The notes under the pieces: model-generated
What the model was told of the DNA's origin: nothing
Database searches by the model: none
What the model saw: only the letters and a program-made list of their open reading frames with translations
Translations under genes and position numbers: made by a program
Part shown: positions 57,009 to 64,000 of the stretch, in pieces
Layout: each line of letters begins with the position of its first letter
Position numbering within the stretch: the stretch's first letter is position 1
Assembly (NCBI GenBank): GCA_029887795.1
Contig: JARXPE010000001.1
Coordinates: forward strand, 129,386 to 193,385
Reading direction: 5' to 3'
Origin: Thermoproteota archaeon
Lineage (GTDB): Archaea; Thermoproteota; Methanomethylicia; Methanomethylicales; Methanomethylicaceae
Length of the DNA stretch: 64,000 bases

Positions 57009-58357
57009 TGGGACAGAGTCTAAGAACTCTAGGTCTCCCCAAGAGTTTTGGGGCAAGGATGGCAGTGCGTTTTAGTTTGGATGGGGTCGAGAGGGCGGAG
57101 TTTTCGAAGACACTTGTGATTGGAGATGAGCTGACGAGGTTCAAGATGATTATGGAGCTCGTTGTAAGAGGTTTCGAGGGGGGCGATACCCCATTTATCA
57201 TTGATATGAAGGGCAGATATTCTGGGCTAATAGATTATGTGCCTTCTATCAGAGTATACAAAGCCGGTAGGCACATAACATTTAACCCGCTTAAAGAGAC
57301 TTTCCAAGGGTACTCAAAGGAATTCGCCGTGATCTTTGGTGATTTGTATGGGTTAAGTCGCGACGAGCGCACTTTCCTTGCAAAGGCGCTTGAGGGGGTG
57401 TACAGGGACGGAGATCTAAATCCAACATTGGAAGGGGTCTTTGAAAAGCTCCTTCAGATGGAGGCAGAAGCCCAGCCAAAAGATTGTTACAAGATTGAGT
57501 GTCTCAAAAATGTACTCTCGGAGCTTGAGATGGGACCGTCAGGTTCAATTTTTAAGGGGAAGGAAAAGGGGGTGACTGCGCCCATGATACTTGATTTAAG
57601 CACTCTTATGCCGAAGGAGAGAGCCCTGATGATGGCGTCCTCTCTGGCGAGGGTTAAGGCGTGTAGAGCCTCATTTCTAGTGGTTGACGGATTGGATTGG
57701 TCTATGTTATCTGACTTGGGAGGGTTTATGGCAGTTTTTAGGGAGAGGATCGGGGATTTGTGTCGCGAAGGTATGTCCGCTTACATCGGGGCAGACTGTC
57801 TGCAGCATGCCCCATTATGGGGGACTGCGTACATCTTCTGTGGGCCCATTTGGCATGAGGAGGTTCGATGGATCAGAGGCTTGTTGGATGGGGAGGGTTT
57901 TGAGAATTTCAGGTATTTGGAGGAGGGTACAGGCCTCGTCTTTACGTGGAAGAGAGCGCCATTCTACCTGAGGTACAGAAATTCAGAGTTTAGGTTAGTC
58001 GATGACGAGGAAATCGATGAGCACATGAGGGCTCTGGGGGAGGAGGTCGAATTTGCGGATTCGGTGGGCGAGAAGGGTACGAGGGTTCTAGAGAGGCTCT
58101 TTAGGGATAGGGCTTCACTCTTCTACGCTAAGGAGTTCTTGAGGCTGGTCTGCGAGGGCAGAGTTCCTGTGGAAGCGGTGAGTTCGCAGAAAAATGCAAT
58201 GCTTAGAAATGTAGTCAGGATCTTGAAGCGATATTTTATGATCGTAGAGTACATGGACGGTTCAGGAAATAAGTGGTATAGACTCACCAGAGTGGGGGAG
58301 AAAGCACTAAGCGAGATGGAAGGTGGTAGGAATGAAGGTAAAACATGTAACAGATAG
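57005..58357 (+). CDS. Hypothetical protein of about 450 aa, with faint HerA/FtsK-like NTPase-core resemblance but no P-loop, and a C-terminal wH-like segment.
   Basis: FLVVDGLD Walker-B-like segment without Walker A. Translationally coupled between the upstream TM protein and downstream small ORF/radA. Confidence 0.3.
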   Translation: MMGQSLRTLGLPKSFGARMAVRFSLDGVERAEFSKTLVIGDELTRFKMIMELVVRGFEGGDTPFIIDMKGRYSGLIDYVPSIRVYKAGRHITFNPLKETFQGYSKEFAVIFGDLYGLSRDERTFLAKALEGVYRDGDLNPTLEGVFEKLLQMEAEAQPKDCYKIECLKNVLSELEMGPSGSIFKGKEKGVTAPMILDLSTLMPKERALMMASSLARVKACRASFLVVDGLDWSMLSDLGGFMAVFRERIGDLCREGMSAYIGADCLQHAPLWGTAYIFCGPIWHEEVRWIRGLLDGEGFENFRYLEEGTGLVFTWKRAPFYLRYRNSEFRLVDDEEIDEHMRALGEEVEFADSVGEKGTRVLERLFRDRASLFYAKEFLRLVCEGRVPVEAVSSQKNAMLRNVVRILKRYFMIVEYMDGSGNKWYRLTRVGEKALSEMEGGRNEGKTCNR

Positions 58358-58637
58358 GGCGATATTCTGGAGCGTAGGGAGAGGCGAGGGGGAGGAGATA
58401 ATTGGGGTGGAGGTATGTTTAGGCGGAGAGGACAAAGTCTTCAGAAGGATAGTTGCTAGGGGAAAATATGGGAAAGAGAGGACAGTTTTTTCTGAGAGGT
58501 ACTCCGTCGACGAGTTTCAGGGGGTTATCCGATCAGAGTTAGCGCTGATCTCCTCCATCCAAGGTGTGAAAGGTGATGCTTTGACCTTGGTATTAGAGGC
58601 GATAGAACTGCTCAGGAGGGTTTGTGAGAAGTTATGA
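58323..58637 (+). CDS. Small hypothetical protein immediately upstream of radA.
   Basis: ORF overlapping both neighbours. Confidence 0.3.
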   Translation: MVGMKVKHVTDRAIFWSVGRGEGEEIIGVEVCLGGEDKVFRRIVARGKYGKERTVFSERYSVDEFQGVIRSELALISSIQGVKGDALTLVLEAIELLRRVCEKL

Positions 58638-59620
58638 ATAGTGACAAAGGCGATTTCATGGGCGGTGTTGGTGAGGAGGTAGACTTAGAGGACTTGGATG
58701 GGATAGGGTCTTCAACCGCAGAGAAGCTGAGGAGGGCAGGAATTAATTCTGTGAAGGAGCTCGCCGCCATATCGGTCAGGGAACTTTTAGAGAGGAGTGA
58801 GCTGGGAGAAGGGAAGGCCGAAGAGGCGACGAAGAATGCCAGAGATTTGGTACTTCCCAAGGTCGTAAGCGCGAGGGAATTTTTGGAGAGGAGAAAGAAC
58901 ATGCAAAGGTTGACGACCGGTTCGAAGAACATAGATAGGCTGCTTGAGGGAGGGCTAGAGCCTGGCATAACCGAGCTCATCGGTGCGTATGGGACTGGTA
59001 AGACACAACTTTGTCTCCAGCTCTGCGTCACAGCGCAACTCACGGCTAACAGTGGGGGACTAAATGGTTCAGCATTCTACATTGATACTGAGGACACTTT
59101 CAAGCCTGAACGTCTTCTGCAGATAGTAAAGAGGTTTGGTGTTGAGGACGACCGGCTGCTGGACGGAGTTTACTGTTTTAGGGCTATAAACTCCGACCAC
59201 CAGTTTGAGGGACTCAGGGAGGCGGTCCGTTATATTAAAGAAAAGTCTGTGAAACTGCTGATAGTGGACTCGCTCACCTCCCACTTCAGGAGCGAATACC
59301 CGGGCAGGGAGAACCTAGTTTTAAGGCAGCAGAGGCTAAACAGCTTTATGCATGCGCTTCAGAGACTAGTCTCTATTTATGATGTCATAGTGGTAGTTAC
59401 TAATCAAGTGTTGGATGTTCCAGAGATCATACCTGGGGCGAGACCTGCCAGACCTGTCGGAGGTAACATAGTTGCGCACGGCAGTACATTCAGACTGTGG
59501 CTTGAAAGGGCGAAGGGCATGACGAGAGTGACCTGCATAGACTCGCCAAAGCACGCGAGGGGGACGACCTACGTTGTTCTAACGGAGGGAGGGGTCGAGG
59601 ACGCTGAAGGAGAGGAGTGA
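58634..59620 (+). CDS. radA: DNA repair and recombination protein RadA.
   Basis: N-terminal HhH (LEDLDGIGSSTAEKLRRAGINSV) plus RecA core with Walker A GAYGTGKTQ. Confidence 0.9.
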   Translation: MNSDKGDFMGGVGEEVDLEDLDGIGSSTAEKLRRAGINSVKELAAISVRELLERSELGEGKAEEATKNARDLVLPKVVSAREFLERRKNMQRLTTGSKNIDRLLEGGLEPGITELIGAYGTGKTQLCLQLCVTAQLTANSGGLNGSAFYIDTEDTFKPERLLQIVKRFGVEDDRLLDGVYCFRAINSDHQFEGLREAVRYIKEKSVKLLIVDSLTSHFRSEYPGRENLVLRQQRLNSFMHALQRLVSIYDVIVVVTNQVLDVPEIIPGARPARPVGGNIVAHGSTFRLWLERAKGMTRVTCIDSPKHARGTTYVVLTEGGVEDAEGEE

Positions 59621-59622
59621 GG

Positions 59623-62010
59623 TTATGGCGATTCTAGCCGCCACTCGTCCTCTTTCCGTGTCCTGAGGACCTCTTCAAGAATCACTCTTCGCTCAACCCC
59701 TGCTACAATCTTCCGGGTCCACACTACAACATCCGGGTTAACGCTTAGGCTGTCTATACCCTGTCTGACCAAGAACTCTGTGAGCTCCGGGTATACGCTG
59801 GGACCCTGCCCGCATATGCTGACGGTCACCCCGTTCTTGTGGGCGACTTTTATCAGGTGAGATATCGCCCTGAGGACCGCAGGATCCCTTTCGTCGAAGT
59901 ACCGCGAGTCCTGTGCTGGCAATATCGGGGAGTCTCTGTCCACGCCCAAGATGAGTTGTGTAAGGTCATTGCTCCCGACGCTGAAACCGTCGCAGAGCTT
60001 GGAGAACTCGTCTGCCATGAATATTATTGAAGGTATCTCTGCCATCAGCCAGACCTTGAAGTCCCTGCTCCTCTCAAGTCCCTCCTCCTTCATGATGGAG
60101 AGGCACCTCTCTACCTCCCAAGTGGTCCTGACGAAGGGCAACATGACATAAACATTCTTCAGCCCCCACTCGTCCCTGACACGTTTAATCGCCTTGCACT
60201 CGAGCCTGAAGCCAGGTTCGTACATGGGCGAGATGTATCTACTTACGCCGCGCCAGCCTATCATCGGGTTGTGCTCTTCGGGTTCGTATCTGTCGCCACC
60301 CTTGAGTTGCCGGTACTCATTAGTCTTGAAGTCGCTGAACCTCACGACGACAGGTCTTGGATAAATGTTTCGGGCTACCCATGCGATTCCGCTGGCTAGC
60401 TTATCTATGAAACGCTCCTCCTCGTGCTTCTCGATGAGGTAGAGCGGGTGCTCGCCTATAATGTCGGCAATTATGAACTCGATACGCATTAGACCTATGC
60501 CGTCGAACGGGAGATCCTTGTACTTGTCTATCATCGCAGGTTCTCCCAAGTTCATGTATATCTTTGTCCCTGTTGGTGGGTAAATCCCTGTCATATTGAT
60601 TGCGACGGGAGCAGCCTCTTTCTTCTCCTCCGCCGCCAGTAGATCCCCGTCATAAACTATGCCGTGGGTGGCGTCGACTGTTATAACTTGTCCCGTCTTT
60701 ATCACGGATGTAGCGTTCACGGTGCCGACTATGCAAGGAATGCCCAGCTCGCGGCTTACGATTGCGGCGTGGCAAGTTATGCCGCCGCTGTTGGTAACGA
60801 TTGCCCTTGCCTTCCTCATGGCAGGAGCCCAGTCAGGGGAAGTCATGTGGGTGACCAAGATCTCGCCAGTTTGGAACTGCCCGATATCCTTAACATCCAC
60901 AATAACCCTGGCTTTTCCCGAAACTATGCCGGGTGCAGCAGGGAGACCACGAAGGAGGCGCTTCTTCTCCCCTTTAATAGACGGGCCCTCCTCCTTAGCC
61001 TTCTCTTTCTGAGACCAGACCGTCTCTGGTCTAGCTTGAACGATGTAGAGACGGTTGTCATCCTCATCAAGTGCCCACTCTATGTCCATGGGTATGCCGT
61101 AGTGTTTCTCGATTTCAATTGCATACCTTGCTAGCATGATCACCTGATCCCTAGTTATGCAGGGCGACTCCCGCATGTTCTCAGGAACTGGGATCTCCTT
61201 GATGAATCCGCCCCCTCCCTCGGCTGGCGATCTCACAGACATCCGTGATTTTTGTGAGATCGATTCTTTCAGTATGGTAAGGTTCTTTTTGTCGACTGTG
61301 AATTGATCAGGTCTAACTCTGCCTTGCACGATGGTCTCTCCGACGCCGAATGTCCCTTCAATGACTATGATGTCCTTGTTTCCAGTGGCAGGATCCAAGG
61401 TGAATATGACGCCAGCGGCCTTGCTATTCACCATCTTCTGTACGCCCACACTCAGGTAGACCCTACTGTCTTCAAACCCCTTGGCCTTACGGTATGCTAT
61501 GGCCCTAGGGGTGTATAGGGAAGAGAAGCATTTCTTTACATATTTCAGCAGGGCAGACTCCCCCTCTACGAAGAGGAAGGTGTCTTGCTGACCTGCAAAG
61601 CTTGCGTTTGGAAGGTCTTCTGCAGTGGCACTGCTCCTGACGGCAACAGCTGGGTTCTTCTTCCCGAGTTTCTCCCCGAGCACCTTGTAAGCGCCAATTA
61701 TGTCCGATTTCAGCACTTCGGGGATCTCCGCGGACTCGATCATCTCCCTAATTTTGGATGACGTGGACTCCAATGATGCGCTGTCAAGAACGTCGACCTT
61801 GGAAAGGAGGTCGAAGATCTTTTGAGCCAGTTTGTTCTCGTCGATGTGCAACTTGTAAGCTTCGGCGGTTATGGCAAAGCCGGGGGGCACAGGTATACCA
61901 ATGGAGATCAGCTCCCCAAGATTCGCGTTCTTGCCACCCACAATACCAACATCAGTTTTCCTGAGAGACTCAAACGGAATGACGTATTTTGATGATGTCA
62001 TTTGCAACAC
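59623..62010 (-). CDS. ppsA: Phosphoenolpyruvate synthase (pyruvate, water dikinase).
   Basis: 795 aa. PEP-utilising phospho-His domain (GGITCHAAIVSRELGIPCIVG) and C-terminal TIM-barrel PEP-binding domain. Confidence 0.9.
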   Translation of the reverse strand: MLQMTSSKYVIPFESLRKTDVGIVGGKNANLGELISIGIPVPPGFAITAEAYKLHIDENKLAQKIFDLLSKVDVLDSASLESTSSKIREMIESAEIPEVLKSDIIGAYKVLGEKLGKKNPAVAVRSSATAEDLPNASFAGQQDTFLFVEGESALLKYVKKCFSSLYTPRAIAYRKAKGFEDSRVYLSVGVQKMVNSKAAGVIFTLDPATGNKDIIVIEGTFGVGETIVQGRVRPDQFTVDKKNLTILKESISQKSRMSVRSPAEGGGGFIKEIPVPENMRESPCITRDQVIMLARYAIEIEKHYGIPMDIEWALDEDDNRLYIVQARPETVWSQKEKAKEEGPSIKGEKKRLLRGLPAAPGIVSGKARVIVDVKDIGQFQTGEILVTHMTSPDWAPAMRKARAIVTNSGGITCHAAIVSRELGIPCIVGTVNATSVIKTGQVITVDATHGIVYDGDLLAAEEKKEAAPVAINMTGIYPPTGTKIYMNLGEPAMIDKYKDLPFDGIGLMRIEFIIADIIGEHPLYLIEKHEEERFIDKLASGIAWVARNIYPRPVVVRFSDFKTNEYRQLKGGDRYEPEEHNPMIGWRGVSRYISPMYEPGFRLECKAIKRVRDEWGLKNVYVMLPFVRTTWEVERCLSIMKEEGLERSRDFKVWLMAEIPSIIFMADEFSKLCDGFSVGSNDLTQLILGVDRDSPILPAQDSRYFDERDPAVLRAISHLIKVAHKNGVTVSICGQGPSVYPELTEFLVRQGIDSLSVNPDVVVWTRKIVAGVERRVILEEVLRTRKEDEWRLESP

Positions 62011-62206
62011 CAGACAATGTAGGAATGCTTTTAATGTTATAAAATAATTTTGGTTTATCCATAATGATTTATAATTTTATAATTCAGCGATCGGAAATGT
62101 TTGCTTTTGCGAATTACGTGGATGATACCTTTGCGGGAATAGGTATTACCATAAATTTATGTTGAAAAAAGAGGTACATTTGCAACATCGGAGTTTGGAA
62201 TTGCTG

Positions 62207-62482
62207 CTATCTGAGTATGACAAAATCTCTGTAATCCCCCTTTGGTGCCTCCCATATTATTTTAAGATTGTCAACAGATGCACCCGGAGGACCTATTCTT
62301 ACCTCTTCTATGAGCTTCATTATGCTCTGTTTTTCGCCCTCCGCAGTGATCTCGACGCTGCCATTGTTCAGGTTTTGGACGTATCCAACTAGACCCAATT
62401 TCTTGGCTATTCTCAGGGTGAAGTACCTAAAGCCCACTCCTTGAACTATTCCGTAGATCGTTATTCTAGCACGGGCGAGCAA
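62207..62482 (-). CDS. acyP: Acylphosphatase.
   Basis: VQGVGFRYF signature. Confidence 0.75.
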   Translation of the reverse strand: MLARARITIYGIVQGVGFRYFTLRIAKKLGLVGYVQNLNNGSVEITAEGEKQSIMKLIEEVRIGPPGASVDNLKIIWEAPKGDYRDFVILR

Positions 62483-62673
62483 GAGGATTTACCCCAACGG
62501 GATATATTTTATAAATCAGATATATAAAAAAGTTAAGAAAAAACGTGATAGTTATTGAATAGAGAATAAAACCATACGAATTGAAGGAATTCATCTTCAG
62601 CACTTAAAAAAGATCAATGATTATGGTTAAGGAAAAATTCTTTTGATCATAAAAAAGGAGAAGTAGAAAAAGG

Positions 62674-64000
62674 TTAGGCGGGTATGTTTCCATGGCGCTT
62701 CGGGGGTCTTGGCTGAATCTCGCGTTTGGTCATCAGAGCTTCGAGTGCCTTGATTAGCATCGGGCGGGTCTCCTTTGGTATTATAACGGCATCGACGTAT
62801 CCCATATTGGCGGCAATGTATGGGTTGGCAAATTTGTTCCTGTATTCAGCAACTAGTCTGTTTGTTATCTCCTTGACCTCCTCCGGCGTCTTTGCCTTCA
62901 TTAGCTCGTTCCTGTGTATGATCTCGACAGCACCCTCTGGACCCATGACTGCGATCTCTGCGGTCGGCCATGCGAAGACTACGTCGGCGCCAAGGTGCCT
63001 GCTGCACATAGCGATGTAGCCACCACCATACGCCTTCCTCATGATTACGGTAAGCTTTGGAACGGTAGCCTCTGAGTACGCATAGATGACCTTTGCGCCG
63101 TGCCTGATGACTCCTCCGTGCTCCTGCTTTGTGCCAGGCAGGTATCCTGGAACATCGACAAATGTCACGAGAGGTATGTTGAAGGCGTCGCAGGTCCTAA
63201 CGAACCTCGCTATCTTGTCGGAAGAGTCTATGTCGAGGCATCCAGCGTAAACCAAGGGCTGGTTCGCCACTACCCCGACGGATCTGCCGTTTAGTCTTGC
63301 AAAACCTACGACGGCATTTGGAGCGAACTGGGCGTGAACCTCAAAGAATGACCCCTTGTCGAAGACGTGATTGATTACATCGTGAACATCGTATGGTTTC
63401 TTTGGATCTGCAGGGACGACCTCGTTTAGCTCCTCATCCATCCTGTCCGGAGGATCTGCGCACTCCAAGATCGGGGGGTCATCCATGTTGTTTGAGGGGA
63501 GATAGGTAAGGAGTTGCTTTATCAGTTTTATGCACTCTTCGTCGTTGTCAGCAGCAAAGTGAGCGACTCCGCTGAGTTTCGCGTGTGCGTCTGCGCCACC
63601 CAGTGTCTCGAATGTCACGTCCTCACCTATAGCTGCCTTAACGACCTTGGGACCAGTTATGAACATGTAGCTCGTCTTTCTGACCATAAATATGAAGTCA
63701 GCCAGTGCTGGAGAGTAGACCGCGCCTCCTGCGCAGGGACCCATGATGGCTATGATTTGAGGTATGACTCCAGACGCCATGACGTTCCTGTAAAAGATCT
63801 CGCCGTAGCCCGCCAACGAATTTATGCCCTCTTGTATCCTTGCACCTCCGGAGTCATTGAGCCCTATAAGAGGGGCACCGGCTTTCAGTGCCATATCTTG
63901 GATCTTTGAGATCTTCTTTGCATGCATCTCGCTCAGCGAGCCACCTACGAATGTGAAGTCTTGCGAGTATACGAATACGGTCCTGCCGTTTATCGTACCG
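62674..64000 (-). CDS. Acyl-CoA carboxyltransferase (propionyl-CoA carboxylase beta / methylmalonyl-CoA decarboxylase alpha). N-terminus runs past the window end.
   Basis: Two crotonase-like CT domains. The reading frame stays open upstream of the first Met to position 64000 ([23 protein letters not shown]). Confidence 0.8.
   Translation of the reverse strand, partial: GTINGRTVFVYSQDFTFVGGSLSEMHAKKISKIQDMALKAGAPLIGLNDSGGARIQEGINSLAGYGEIFYRNVMASGVIPQIIAIMGPCAGGAVYSPALADFIFMVRKTSYMFITGPKVVKAAIGEDVTFETLGGADAHAKLSGVAHFAADNDEECIKLIKQLLTYLPSNNMDDPPILECADPPDRMDEELNEVVPADPKKPYDVHDVINHVFDKGSFFEVHAQFAPNAVVGFARLNGRSVGVVANQPLVYAGCLDIDSSDKIARFVRTCDAFNIPLVTFVDVPGYLPGTKQEHGGVIRHGAKVIYAYSEATVPKLTVIMRKAYGGGYIAMCSRHLGADVVFAWPTAEIAVMGPEGAVEIIHRNELMKAKTPEEVKEITNRLVAEYRNKFANPYIAANMGYVDAVIIPKETRPMLIKALEALMTKREIQPRPPKRHGNIPA

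Overview
This 64-kb window is a gene-dense archaeal chromosomal segment at roughly 50% GC with compact operons and many overlapping stop/start junctions, and it looks like a core region rather than an accessory island. The archaeal signatures are topoisomerase VI A/B, type III RuBisCO with AMP phosphorylase and ribose-1,5-bisphosphate isomerase, the thermosome, RpoK, eS25, RadA, PurP paralogs and a split LplA. I found no rRNA, CRISPR array, transposase, integrase or other obvious mobile element. The RNA genes I can support are one tRNA-Cys(GCA) on the minus strand and one GC-rich structured ncRNA of about 260 nt that I read as SRP (7S) RNA.

Five clusters stand out:
- A nucleotide-ribose salvage block around type III RuBisCO: AMPpase, RbcL, R15P isomerase, Prs, two PurP and a PNP.
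- A minus-strand operon for reductive pyrimidine catabolism (PreT, PreA, dihydropyrimidinase) that ends in a transcarbamylase of unusual motif and a Cys-rich small ORF instead of a beta-ureidopropionase. It sits next to a carbamate kinase and a class-III aminotransferase, which suggests an ATP-yielding variant of the pathway.
- A three-component corrinoid methyltransferase module (corrinoid protein, core-MetE-like, MtrH-like) followed by two stand-alone RAM-domain proteins.
- A lipoate cluster: LipS-like radical SAM, LplA-N, LplA-C, LipS-like radical SAM.
- Three overlapping uncharacterised genes translationally coupled to radA.

Other points of note are a stand-alone ThrRS-editing-domain protein next to tRNA-Cys, a Tes/COG1964-like radical SAM protein, LarB/LarC, three TrmB-family regulators and a membrane-anchored ArsR-type regulator. 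Start codons in the ORF track are often over-extended because TTG/GTG are counted as starts, and I have adjusted several of them.
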